A DNA stretch of 63,721 nt, counting the filler. It is 5 parts of 5 records of this genome, joined end to end, with 100 filler letters (N's around TTAATTAATTAA, not from the genome) between each part and the next. Parts side by side here need not be neighbours in the genome. Positions count along the whole stretch, not along the records: positions 1 to 20,446 come from SRR20825010_806; 4 more parts are not named here. The stretch is one strand, 5' to 3'. The translations under genes and the position numbers were made by a program. Position 1 is the first letter of the stretch, and every line of letters starts with the position of its first letter. A model generated the notes under the pieces. That model was not told the DNA's origin. It saw only the letters and a program-made list of their open reading frames with translations, and made no database searches. Of the stretch, positions 1-9,785 are shown piece after piece.

Positions 1-25
1 TTAAGTTCATGGTAAGATTTGGGGC

Positions 26-55
26 AAAAAGGGCGGATTAATTTCCGCCCTTTTT
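26..55. terminator. Intrinsic terminator-like hairpin (bidirectional)
   Basis: AAAAAGGGCGGA-ttaatt-TCCGCCCTTTTT perfect inverted repeat with A/T tails. Confidence 0.7.
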
Positions 56-88
56 ATTTTTATAATCTTATTCCTTCTAAAATAACAT

Positions 89-116
89 AAAAAAACGCCT
101 GTAAATACAGACGTTT
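89..116 (-). terminator. Intrinsic terminator of the oxidoreductase gene
   Basis: Minus strand reads AAACGTCTGTA-tt-TACAGGCGTTTTTTT; the G-U pair and U-tract only work on the minus strand; about 20 nt past the stop. Confidence 0.65.
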
Positions 117-137
117 CTTAGATTTATGCTAAAGATT

Positions 138-1565
138 TTACACTTTTAATTCCCAACCTTTTCTATAAGTTCCTGTAACCCATTTATTAGCATCTGGGTA
201 ATTGGTTACTTTCATATTCTCGCCATCCCATAAAATTTTCTTTCTTCCAGGATAGTCGTATGGAGCCCAATCTCCCACTTTTTTACCAGGTTGTAACACT
301 TTATACTGGAAGGCTTTTATAGCTAAATTCCCCATCAAAACAGCTTCTGTTAATGGTCCAGCATAAGAAAATGGTGACGAAGTTTCAATTCCTTTTAAAC
401 ATCCATCAACAAAATTATTATAATGTCCACCAATAGCTCCATCTACACGTTTAAGATGTTCTCTAGGGAATGCACCTACTTTATCTTTATAATGATTTAA
501 GATTCTAGGATTTTCTGAATACGCATCCGTTACTAAAATTCCTTTTTCACCATAAAAAATAGAACCTCCTCCTGGATCTCCAATAGTTTCTCCTTCTTGT
601 AATTCTTCAGGAATTTTAGGCATAATTCCGCCATCATACCAATTTACTTCAATATCACCATGAGCTTCTGTATTAAACTTCAATCTAACAATAGAAGAAG
701 GCGGACAAGCCTCATCATAATTTGCTTCTACAAAATCTCCAGACCAAACAGTAGTACAACTAGCCTCTGCTTCCGTTGGATATCCTAACTTTAAAGTTCT
801 AAATGGAGTTTCCAAAATATGGCATCCCATATCTCCTAAGGCTCCAGTTCCAAAATCCCACCAACCACGCCATTTAAATGGCAAATAAGCCGAATTGTAG
901 GGTCTAAACTCTGCAGGCCCCAACCACTGATTCCAATCCAACGTATCTGGTACAGGCTCTCCATCTGGACTATTTCTAAGTCCTTGCGGCCAAACAGGAC
1001 GGTTTGTCCAACAATCAACTTTAAGAACCTTTCCAATAACCCCTGCTTCAATCCACTCTTGAGTAGTTCTTGCACCATCTGAAGAACTTCCTTGATTCCC
1101 CATTTGCGTAACAATTCCCTGCTCTTTAGTAACCTTAGACATTAGGCGAGCTTCAGCTATAGTGTGCGTAAGAGGTTTCTCTACATACGCGTGCTTTTTA
1201 GCTTGCATAAAAGGAATGGCTACTGTAGCATGATTATGGTCTGGCGTTGCCACCATAATTGCATCTATATCTTTTAAATGATTATCGTATACTTTTCTAA
1301 AATCGCTATAAGTTTTTGCATTAGGATGTGCATTAAAAGTGTCTTTTGCTCTAACATTATCCACATCACACAAAGCAACATACTTTACTTTTTTAGTATT
1401 GTAAAGTTCTTTTATAACTTGACCTCCTCTTCCGCCAACTCCAACACCCGCCATGTAAAGGGTGTCACTTGGAGGAACATGAATTCCTCCCATTACATGA
1501 GAAGGTACAATGTAAAGTGCGCTTCCTGCTGCCGCTGTGCTTTTAATAAAATTTCTCCGTTTCAT
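138..1565 (-). CDS. Gfo/Idh/MocA family oxidoreductase with Tat signal
   Basis: N-terminal KRRNFIK twin-arginine motif, GVGVGGRG Rossmann motif, ATPDHNH, YVEKP, GDMGCH. Confidence 0.9.
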   Translation of the reverse strand: MKRRNFIKSTAAAGSALYIVPSHVMGGIHVPPSDTLYMAGVGVGGRGGQVIKELYNTKKVKYVALCDVDNVRAKDTFNAHPNAKTYSDFRKVYDNHLKDIDAIMVATPDHNHATVAIPFMQAKKHAYVEKPLTHTIAEARLMSKVTKEQGIVTQMGNQGSSSDGARTTQEWIEAGVIGKVLKVDCWTNRPVWPQGLRNSPDGEPVPDTLDWNQWLGPAEFRPYNSAYLPFKWRGWWDFGTGALGDMGCHILETPFRTLKLGYPTEAEASCTTVWSGDFVEANYDEACPPSSIVRLKFNTEAHGDIEVNWYDGGIMPKIPEELQEGETIGDPGGGSIFYGEKGILVTDAYSENPRILNHYKDKVGAFPREHLKRVDGAIGGHYNNFVDGCLKGIETSSPFSYAGPLTEAVLMGNLAIKAFQYKVLQPGKKVGDWAPYDYPGRKKILWDGENMKVTNYPDANKWVTGTYRKGWELKV

Positions 1566-1644
1566 TTATTAAATCATTAAAGTTTTTATTGGTTACTGAT
1601 AATTTGGCAAAAAAGTTACGTAAAAAATTTAGAAGAATAATTTA

Positions 1645-1674
1645 TTTGACGAATGGATTTTTTCCATAATTTTG
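1645..1674 (+). promoter_or_regulatory. Bacteroidota sigma-A promoter of the radical SAM gene
   Basis: TTTG (1645-1648) and TAATTTTG (1667-1674) match the -33 TTTG / -7 TAnnTTTG consensus. Confidence 0.55.
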
Positions 1675-1678
1675 GAAA

Positions 1679-2776
1679 ATGTCCAAAGAAAAGAATATCA
1701 TAAAAGGAAGAGGCGCACAGCTAAATGTTCGGAATAAATTTCTTGAAGCATCTCATGAAACAAGAGATGATTTCTTGGAATATTGCAGATTAGAAGGAGA
1801 AGTAGCAGATAAAAATAAGACGAGCTATTTAGAAGTATTTCCAAAAACAATTGTAAATAAAGTAACCAGTCCAGATGTAGGAATGGCTTATTCCATGAAT
1901 CCATATCAAGGATGTGAGCATGGGTGTATTTACTGTTACGCTAGAAACTCTCATGAATACTGGGGTTATAGCGCCGGTTTGGATTTTGAACGAAAAATTT
2001 TAGTCAAAAAAAACGCTCCTCACCTTTTAGAACAAAAGCTTTTAAGTAAAAATTGGAGCGCTAAAACTATTGTTATGGCAGGAAACACAGATTGTTATCA
2101 ACCTGCGGAACAAGAATTTAGAATTACGCGGAAATGCTTAGAAATATTCTTGAAGTACAAACATCCTGTAGCAATTATTACCAAAAATGCCTTTATTAGA
2201 AGGGATTTAGATTTATTAAAAGAACTTACTGCCCATGGTCTTATTGCAGTAAATATCTCGATTACTTCCTTGAGCGAAGAAACTAGAAGGGTTTTAGAGC
2301 CAAGAACTGCCAGTATTAAAAAAAGGTTAGAAACTGTAAAACTGCTCAGCGAGAACAACATCCCTGTTAACGTAATGATTGCCCCTATTATTCCAGCCAT
2401 AAATAGTCATGAAATATTACCCTTAGCTAAAGCGGTAAAAGAGCATGGTGCACTGTCCATTGCCTTTACAATGGTTAGGTTAAACGGAGCTATTGGAGAA
2501 ATTTTTACTGATTGGATACAAAAAACACTTCCAGATAAAGCAGAAAAAGTATTACATCAAATAGCAGAATGCCACGGCGGAAGCTTAAACGATAGCAGGT
2601 ATGGCGTTAGAAAAACTGGGGAAGGGAAAATTGCAGAACAAATTCACAACCTCATTAGAATTGCCAGAAACACCTATTTTAAGGATACTGATTTCCCTAA
2701 ATTAAACCATAGTTTATTTGAAATGCAGCGTCATAAAATGAAGTATAACTCCAATGGACAAACAAGTTTATTCTAA
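1679..2776 (+). CDS. PA0069/Rv2578c-family radical SAM protein (spore photoproduct lyase-like)
   Basis: NPYQGCEHGCIYCYAR (CxxxCxxC), TDCYQPAE, C-terminal QTSLF. Confidence 0.88.
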   Translation: MSKEKNIIKGRGAQLNVRNKFLEASHETRDDFLEYCRLEGEVADKNKTSYLEVFPKTIVNKVTSPDVGMAYSMNPYQGCEHGCIYCYARNSHEYWGYSAGLDFERKILVKKNAPHLLEQKLLSKNWSAKTIVMAGNTDCYQPAEQEFRITRKCLEIFLKYKHPVAIITKNAFIRRDLDLLKELTAHGLIAVNISITSLSEETRRVLEPRTASIKKRLETVKLLSENNIPVNVMIAPIIPAINSHEILPLAKAVKEHGALSIAFTMVRLNGAIGEIFTDWIQKTLPDKAEKVLHQIAECHGGSLNDSRYGVRKTGEGKIAEQIHNLIRIARNTYFKDTDFPKLNHSLFEMQRHKMKYNSNGQTSLF

Positions 2777-2836
2777 AAATTCACCCTTCAGAAATTACAA
2801 TAATAGCTGTCTGTTAAAGGAATTTATTATAGAAAT

Positions 2837-2874
2837 AAAAAATCGGCTTTATGAATAACTCATAAAGCCGATTT
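2837..2874. terminator. Bidirectional terminator between convergent genes
   Basis: AAATCGGCTTTATGA-ataac-TCATAAAGCCGATTT perfect stem with A-run upstream. Confidence 0.8.
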
Positions 2875-2996
2875 CCTAAAAAACGAACTTAAGTAAACTC
2901 CCTTAGAATAAGCCCACGAAGCATTAAAGGAAAACCTAAAAATATTTTAACGCTAGCATCGGAGTATTCAAATCTCCCTTAGAGAATATTCTTATC

Positions 2997-5900
2997 TTAA
3001 ATAGGAGATACGTCTTCCAACTTTTCAACAACTTCTTCTTTTTTACTTCTGAATTTAAGTTTTATTAAATACACTATGTAAAATAATAAAGGAACTATAA
3101 TTAGGGTTAAGAATGTAGCTATAAACAGCCCAAAAATAACTGTCCAAGCTAAAGGCCCCCAAAAAATTACGTTATCTCCTCCCATATAAATATCAGGATT
3201 GAAATTAGTAAATAGAGAGAAAAAATCGATATTCAATCCAATTGCCAAAGGAATTAATCCTAAAATAGTTGTAATGGCAGTAAGTAAAACTGGTCTTAAT
3301 CTAGCTCTACCAGACATAACCAATACCTCTTTCATATCATCTTTTGGAAGTATATCTTCATTTTCATTTAAGCCTAACTTTATTTTTCTTCTGTCGATAA
3401 GAATTTGTGCATAATCGAGCAATACAACCCCATTATTTACTACAATCCCCGCCAGAGAAATAATTCCCATCATGGTCATCATAATAACAAACGACCACCC
3501 TGTAATCATCAAGCCTCCAAAAACTCCTATAAAACTTAAGAAAATAGCTAACATGATAATTGTAGGCTTAGAAATTGAACTAAATTGGAAGATAAGAATC
3601 AACATAATAAGTCCTAATCCAGAGAAAAAGGCACCCATTAAGAAGTTCATTTGCTTTTGCTGCTCCTCTAATTGTCCTGTATAGTCTATATGAATGTCTT
3701 CTGAAACTTCAAAATTATTCATTTCCTTTTGGATTTTTCCTACAACAGCACCAGCATCTGTATACCCTGGAGCTAATCCAGAATAAACGGTTACCACACG
3801 TTTTAAATCTCTATGTTTAATTGCACTAAAAGAAGACGTGTTTTTTTGTTTAGCAACCGCTGAAACAGGAATTTCTTTTATTTGTCCAGATGCTTGATCA
3901 CGAAAAATTATATTTTGATCGAATAACGCACTTGGATTATACCTCAAATCTTCATTAAAACGAACATAAATATCGTAATCGTCTCCATCTTCTTTATAAA
4001 TCCCTGCTTTCTCTCCAAAAATAGAACGTCTTAATTGATTTCCTACTTGACCAACTGCAACACCTAATTCCCCAGCCTTTTGTCTGTCTACCTCAACAAC
4101 CATTGCTGGTTTATCTTTGTTTACATCAATTTTAAGCTCTTCAACCCCAGCTACATTTCTAGTGTTGATATAATCACGCATTTTTTCTGCGTTAACAATT
4201 AATTCATCATAATCTTCTCCACTTAACTCAATATTAATTGGATAACCAGAAGGAGGCCCCGCAACATCTTTTTCTACTGAAATAGCAATTCCAGGAAAAA
4301 CACCTTTCAAGGCTTCCTGAACCTTTTTACGAAGCACTTCACTATCTTTTCCACGACGGTATTTATACTCTCGCATGGTTGCGGTAATCTTCCCTTTGTG
4401 AGGCATTTCTGCACTAGAACCACCATCTGTTTGTGGGTTTCCAGCTCCTTCTCCTACTTGAGAAACAGCAGATTCTACCATGTAATTATAATCGCCATCC
4501 ATGTATTCATCAGCATTTAAAACTGAATATACACGTTTTTCAATTTCTTTAGTAATGGCATTAGTTTTATCAATATCGGTCCCTTGAGGATACTCAATAT
4601 AAACTATAATTTGATTTGGCTTGTTATCTGGGAAAAACTCAACTTTAGTTCTACCACTTCCTAAGGAAGCGCCAAACAACATAAACACAACAATTAACAA
4701 AGCAAAAGTACTTACAACATAAACCCCAGGTCTCCATCCATCAAGAGATTTTTTCAGAAAATTCTGATACTTATTCTCCAGCCAAGTTAACGTATGTTTT
4801 TGGAAATAATCTGCAGAGCCTTTTAACCAATATCTGTATACCCAGAACATAATGGCAGTAAAAATCATCAAGGTTCCAATTCCACGAATAGCACCACCAA
4901 GTATTAAAATGAGTAGCCCAGGAACTCCTAAAATTATACTCAGTCTAATAAGTTGTTTTCTAGTAAGTTTTTTTTCGGCAGTGTCCATAAATTGAGACAC
5001 CAACATAGAGTTCATAAAAATTGCCACCACTAAAGACGAGCCTAGAACTACAGAAAGTGTAATTGGAAAATACTTCATAAATTCCCCCATTACTCCAGGC
5101 CACATTCCTAGCGGAATAAAAGCAGCAACCGTAGTTGCAGTTGAAATAATAATAGGGAAAGCAATCTCTCCAATTCCTTTTTTAGCAGCCTCTATTCGGG
5201 ACATTTTTTCTTCATCCATCAATCGGTAAACATTTTCTACAACCACAATACCGTTATCTACCAACATCCCTAATCCCATAATTAAACCGAAGAGAATCAT
5301 GGTATTTAGTGTGTAACCTAATGCCTGTAAAATCATGAACGACATAAACATGGACATTGGAATTGCAAATCCTACAAAAAGTGCATTTCTAAATCCTAAA
5401 AAGAACATTAATACTCCTACAACCAGAATAATTCCGAAGATGATATTATTTACAAGGTCGTTTACTTGATTTAATGTTTGCGATGATTGATCGTTAGCTA
5501 CAGTAATTGATAAATCTGGCGGAAAATAATTTTTCTCTGCTGTTTTTATAATTTCTCGAATCTTTTCTGAAGCCTCAATCATATTCTTCCCTGCTCTCTT
5601 TTTTACATCGAGCATTACTACACTTTCTCCAAATTCTCGTGCAAAAGTAGTTTTGTCTTCCTCTTTAAAAGTTACCTCAGCAATATCTCTTAAATAAACA
5701 ACCCCATCTTGAGATTTTACTACAAAATTATTGAGCTCCTTAGGATTTTCTACTTCTCCTAAAATTCTAATTGTTCTACGTTGTCCACTAGCAATCATGT
5801 TCCCCGCAGACATAGTAACATTTCCGTTTCGAATGGTGTTGAGTACATCATCAAAGCTAATTTTAGCAGCCATCATTTTATAAACATCTACAGCTACTTC

Positions 5901-6497
5901 AACTTCTTTCTCTTGTGCTCCTCTAATATCTACCTGCTTAATCTCTGGAAGCTCTTCAATTTTATCTTCAAGGTACTCTCCAAACTCTTTTAATTTATCA
6001 ACAGGATAATCTCCTTGAATATTGATATTTAAAATTGGCATTTCCTCAGACAAATTAAGGTCGAACACATTTGGCTCTACTTTTGCGCCATTAAAAACAG
6101 GCCAATCTTCTCCTGCCTTTTCAGCATCTACCTCATCTTTAACTTTTTGCTTTGCGGCTTCTACAGTAATATCTTCATCAAACTCAACAGTAATAATAGC
6201 ATAATCTTCTTGAGAAGTAGAAAGAATTTCCACTACATTACTTACATTTTTAAGTTCGTCTTCTAATGGATCTGTAATTAATCTTTCTATATCTTCAGCA
6301 GTATTTCCAGGATATGGAGTACTGATGTATATTTTAGTTTCTTTTACTTCGGGAAACGACTCTCTAGGCATTCCGAAGTAGGCAGAAACCCCCAGAGCAA
6401 GAACAATCGCTATCATTACATAGATAGTCGTTTTATTCTCGATAGCCCAGGACGAAAGTCCAAATTCTTTATCGGCGTTTTTATTAATTTTACTCAT
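2997..6497 (-). CDS. RND efflux permease (AcrB/AcrD/AcrF family)
   Basis: 1166 aa, GMLVDNGIVVVEN TM4 motif, RLRPVLLTAITT, two-repeat TM layout; downstream of MFP and TolC. Confidence 0.93.
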   Translation of the reverse strand: MSKINKNADKEFGLSSWAIENKTTIYVMIAIVLALGVSAYFGMPRESFPEVKETKIYISTPYPGNTAEDIERLITDPLEDELKNVSNVVEILSTSQEDYAIITVEFDEDITVEAAKQKVKDEVDAEKAGEDWPVFNGAKVEPNVFDLNLSEEMPILNINIQGDYPVDKLKEFGEYLEDKIEELPEIKQVDIRGAQEKEVEVAVDVYKMMAAKISFDDVLNTIRNGNVTMSAGNMIASGQRRTIRILGEVENPKELNNFVVKSQDGVVYLRDIAEVTFKEEDKTTFAREFGESVVMLDVKKRAGKNMIEASEKIREIIKTAEKNYFPPDLSITVANDQSSQTLNQVNDLVNNIIFGIILVVGVLMFFLGFRNALFVGFAIPMSMFMSFMILQALGYTLNTMILFGLIMGLGMLVDNGIVVVENVYRLMDEEKMSRIEAAKKGIGEIAFPIIISTATTVAAFIPLGMWPGVMGEFMKYFPITLSVVLGSSLVVAIFMNSMLVSQFMDTAEKKLTRKQLIRLSIILGVPGLLILILGGAIRGIGTLMIFTAIMFWVYRYWLKGSADYFQKHTLTWLENKYQNFLKKSLDGWRPGVYVVSTFALLIVVFMLFGASLGSGRTKVEFFPDNKPNQIIVYIEYPQGTDIDKTNAITKEIEKRVYSVLNADEYMDGDYNYMVESAVSQVGEGAGNPQTDGGSSAEMPHKGKITATMREYKYRRGKDSEVLRKKVQEALKGVFPGIAISVEKDVAGPPSGYPINIELSGEDYDELIVNAEKMRDYINTRNVAGVEELKIDVNKDKPAMVVEVDRQKAGELGVAVGQVGNQLRRSIFGEKAGIYKEDGDDYDIYVRFNEDLRYNPSALFDQNIIFRDQASGQIKEIPVSAVAKQKNTSSFSAIKHRDLKRVVTVYSGLAPGYTDAGAVVGKIQKEMNNFEVSEDIHIDYTGQLEEQQKQMNFLMGAFFSGLGLIMLILIFQFSSISKPTIIMLAIFLSFIGVFGGLMITGWSFVIMMTMMGIISLAGIVVNNGVVLLDYAQILIDRRKIKLGLNENEDILPKDDMKEVLVMSGRARLRPVLLTAITTILGLIPLAIGLNIDFFSLFTNFNPDIYMGGDNVIFWGPLAWTVIFGLFIATFLTLIIVPLLFYIVYLIKLKFRSKKEEVVEKLEDVSPI

Positions 6498-6500
6498 GGA

Positions 6501-7667
6501 CTATTGCTTTAATATTTGAACGTTTTGTCCTTCTTGAACACTACGTGCCCCTTCTTTTATGATATGGTCTCCAGCTTTGATTCCTTCTAAAACCTCCACT
6601 AAATCTCCTTGTGTTTTTCCTGTTTGGATAATAGATTGATGCACTTCTGCTTCTCCACTGTCTTGAATATTTGTAGCGATATACACATATTGATTTCCAT
6701 CGGCATTTTCAGAAATTACACTTTGAGGAATCAAGAAAGCATTTTCACTAGTATAATCGTTAATAATAACTTTAGCAGTTAAGTTTGGCTTTATCAATCC
6801 GTCTTTATTTGGTACGCCAACTTCAATTTTAAAAGAGCGGTTATTTGGATTAATGTAATTACTTACTTGTCTTATTTCAGTATCAATTTTTTTATTAATT
6901 ACAGGAAAATCTGCAATTACTTTAGTTCCTTTTTCAATACTTGCTAAATATTTTTCTGGAACTTCAGACTCGATATACATATTGTCTAAACTCACAATCC
7001 GCATTAAAGGCGTTCCTTGCGCAACATTGCTACCTTGGTCTGACATAACTTCTTCTATTGTTCCAGAAAACGGAGCCACCACAGTAGCCTTAGCTAACTG
7101 ACTTTCTAATTGAGAAACCGCACTTTTGTTAGATTCGTATTGTGTTTGTGCTTGTAAATACTGAATTTCAGAACCAATGTTTTGTTCCCACAATCTTTTT
7201 TGACGCTCATAAGTTGTTTGTGCTAAACTCTCTTGCGCCTTTAATTGTGCCAATTGTGCTCCAAGTCCGCCCTCATCAATTCTAGCTAAAACCTGACCTT
7301 TTCTAACTTCCTGACCTTCTTTTACTAAAACCTGTTGAAGCGCACCAGAATATTCTGCATTAATAATTATGTTTTCTTTTGTACTTACACTTCCTTGTAA
7401 TTCTATATAATGATTAAAAAGCGAATCTTTTGCTTTAAAAGCTGTTACTAAAACATAATTTTTTGTTGTATCTAGCTTTTTAACAGCTTCATTAAGTGCT
7501 TTTAAATCTGTACTTAAGGCATCGTGTTCTAAATTTACTTCTTCCCGCTTTGCCTTTATTTGTTCTAAATTTCCGCTTGCTATAACATCTTCTACAGATT
7601 TATTATCGCCACCCCCACAAGATGCCAAAATTACGGCTGTTAATATGATTAAATATGTCTGTTTCAT
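6501..7667 (-). CDS. RND periplasmic adaptor (MFP), lipoprotein
   Basis: Lipobox ILASC, VKEGQEVRKGQVLARID lipoyl-like motif, coiled coil, VVAPFSG. Confidence 0.92.
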   Translation of the reverse strand: MKQTYLIILTAVILASCGGGDNKSVEDVIASGNLEQIKAKREEVNLEHDALSTDLKALNEAVKKLDTTKNYVLVTAFKAKDSLFNHYIELQGSVSTKENIIINAEYSGALQQVLVKEGQEVRKGQVLARIDEGGLGAQLAQLKAQESLAQTTYERQKRLWEQNIGSEIQYLQAQTQYESNKSAVSQLESQLAKATVVAPFSGTIEEVMSDQGSNVAQGTPLMRIVSLDNMYIESEVPEKYLASIEKGTKVIADFPVINKKIDTEIRQVSNYINPNNRSFKIEVGVPNKDGLIKPNLTAKVIINDYTSENAFLIPQSVISENADGNQYVYIATNIQDSGEAEVHQSIIQTGKTQGDLVEVLEGIKAGDHIIKEGARSVQEGQNVQILKQ

Positions 7668-7679
7668 TTTTATGCTGAT

Positions 7680-9047
7680 TTAGTTTTTTTCTGAATAATC
7701 TCTATTTGAAAGTTGAGGGGTATTTAATACCGTTTCTAATGTTGCTTTGGTATCTATAACATCCAACATGGAATTTATATATTCTTGTTGGGCAGTATAT
7801 AACTGTGTTTGTGCTTGTCTTAAATCAAAACTTGTAGTAATTCCTTCTCTATATTTAATAAGGTTTTTACTTTCAATACGCTCAGCAAGTTTTAAATTGC
7901 TTTCTGCTGTTTGGTAGTTTTCAATAGCAAATTTATAATTGCTCTTTGCTCTTTCTAAGTCAAGATTTATTTGTTGTGTAGCCTGAACAAAATCTGTTTT
8001 TGATTGCTCCAATGCAATTTTTGCTTGTTGTGTTCTAGCGCTTCTTTGTAAGGAACTAAAAATTGGAATGTTCATGCTCACCCCAAGTACTGAAGATTGA
8101 AACCAAGAAGTTTCACTATCAAAAAATACAAATTCATTATCAAAAGCAGAAGTTCCATAATTAACAAAACCATTAATAGATGGCAACGCCTTACTCTTTT
8201 CAAGCTTTAATTCCAACTCTCTTTGTTCGGTTAAATTCTGAGCAATTCTATAATCTACATTATTCTCAAAATTAAACTCTGTTTCTGTAAGAGCCAAAGC
8301 AATACTCTCTGTAGTAAGTGTTTCCAAACTATCTTCAAGATTTACCTCTGCATCTACTGGAATTCCCAATGCTAAATTCAACATTTGCTTAGCTATAGAT
8401 TCCATTCTTTCAGAATTACTCAACTGATTTTGAATTTGCGATGTGGTAATTTGCAATTGTTCTACATCTTCTTCCTCTGCAAAACCATTATCGTACATGG
8501 CTTGAGTTTCTTTTAAATTATCTTTTAAAGTAGCAAGGTTCTTTTCAAAAATAGCAACACTTTCTTGCGTTAATAAAACACTTCCATAGGCATTAATAAC
8601 CCCTTTTCTAACTTCTAGAAGCGTTTTTTCGTTTGTATTCTCATTATAATCCACAAATACTTTTGCTGCTTTAAGTCCTACTAAATAAGAGCCATCAAAA
8701 ATAAGCTGTGTTAAAGTTCCTGTAAGCGACATGTTTTGCTTTGTCCCAAAAACTACAGGCACAAAACTACCAGGAGCTCCACCAGCAATCTCCCCAGGGA
8801 TAAGCGTTACAGGTTGTTTTAATTGATTCTGATAATCTACAACCCCATCTATTTGAGGCAAACCAGCAGCAGTAGTTTCCCACTTCTTTTTAATAGATTT
8901 TGCAATTTCTCGCCTTGAATTAATTGCTGTATAACTACTATCTAAGGCAAAATTTACCGCTTCTTCCATAGAAAAACTGTAATTTCTCTCCTGAGAAAAG
9001 CCTAAGCTAGAAATTAGTAATATGGCGATGATTGTTAATTTTCTCAT
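7680..9047 (-). CDS. TolC-family outer membrane efflux protein
   Basis: Signal peptide, helical repeats, IPIFS motif, position in TetR-TolC-MFP-RND operon. Confidence 0.9.
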   Translation of the reverse strand: MRKLTIIAILLISSLGFSQERNYSFSMEEAVNFALDSSYTAINSRREIAKSIKKKWETTAAGLPQIDGVVDYQNQLKQPVTLIPGEIAGGAPGSFVPVVFGTKQNMSLTGTLTQLIFDGSYLVGLKAAKVFVDYNENTNEKTLLEVRKGVINAYGSVLLTQESVAIFEKNLATLKDNLKETQAMYDNGFAEEEDVEQLQITTSQIQNQLSNSERMESIAKQMLNLALGIPVDAEVNLEDSLETLTTESIALALTETEFNFENNVDYRIAQNLTEQRELELKLEKSKALPSINGFVNYGTSAFDNEFVFFDSETSWFQSSVLGVSMNIPIFSSLQRSARTQQAKIALEQSKTDFVQATQQINLDLERAKSNYKFAIENYQTAESNLKLAERIESKNLIKYREGITTSFDLRQAQTQLYTAQQEYINSMLDVIDTKATLETVLNTPQLSNRDYSEKN

Positions 9048-9050
9048 CGG

Positions 9051-9656
9051 TTAGTTTTTGTTTTCGTTAATAAATTCATTTAAAATTTTAAGTCCACTTT
9101 CTGTGGCAATTCCACAGATATGATATTCTAGAAATTTAGTTCCCAACTCATCTGGGGCATACAAATCTATAGGGAATATTTCTGTGTCTTTTATTCCTAC
9201 CATCCCACTAAAATATATTCGAGCTATAAAATCAACATCCAACTCTTTTCTAAAAAGTCCCATCTCAATTCCTTTTGCAATATTCTCCGATACACTCTCA
9301 CGCATTACCTCAAATTGTTTTAAAATAAGTCGCTCATAGATTCTTGGATAATACTTTTTTAGTTGAAATTGCGCAGACGACTTCTTGTCTTTCATATAAT
9401 CTCCTACAAATCTTTTTATATGAAACAATTCTTCTATAGGGTTAAGAGCTGCTTCACAGATAAATTCTATTCCGCTGCAAATCGATTCAAAAATATAGAA
9501 AGCGGTTGCCTCTACTAATGCTGTTTTTGTTTTGAAATGCTGATATATTGTTTTTTTCGACATCCCTAACTCGTCAGCAATATCATCCATAGTAACGCTT
9601 TTAAACCCAAGGCTTAAAAACATTTCTGTTGCTTTATCAAGTATTTTTTCTTTCAT
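9051..9656 (-). CDS. TetR/AcrR family regulator (start revised to ATG 9656)
   Basis: MKEKILDKATEMF...TMDDIADELGMSKKTIYQHF HTH; a -7 promoter element lies just upstream of this ATG, inside the longer ORF call. Confidence 0.9.
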   Translation of the reverse strand: MKEKILDKATEMFLSLGFKSVTMDDIADELGMSKKTIYQHFKTKTALVEATAFYIFESICSGIEFICEAALNPIEELFHIKRFVGDYMKDKKSSAQFQLKKYYPRIYERLILKQFEVMRESVSENIAKGIEMGLFRKELDVDFIARIYFSGMVGIKDTEIFPIDLYAPDELGTKFLEYHICGIATESGLKILNEFINENKN

Positions 9657-9665
9657 AATTAGGGG

Positions 9666-9706
9666 CAAAGATACTACAGGAAACTTTAAAAACAATAAAA
9701 GTTTCC
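9666..9706 (-). promoter_or_regulatory. Efflux operon promoter (-7 TATCTTTG) with putative TetR operator
   Basis: Minus-strand TATCTTTG at 9666-9673; perfect inverted repeat GGAAACTTT-N10-AAAGTTTCC at 9679-9706. Confidence 0.65.
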
Positions 9707-9785
9707 AAAGTATTTTCAATTATTTAACATTGAAATGCAATTGGGGAATTTTTTAATTATGGTATTTTAGCCAAAAATTGACTTT

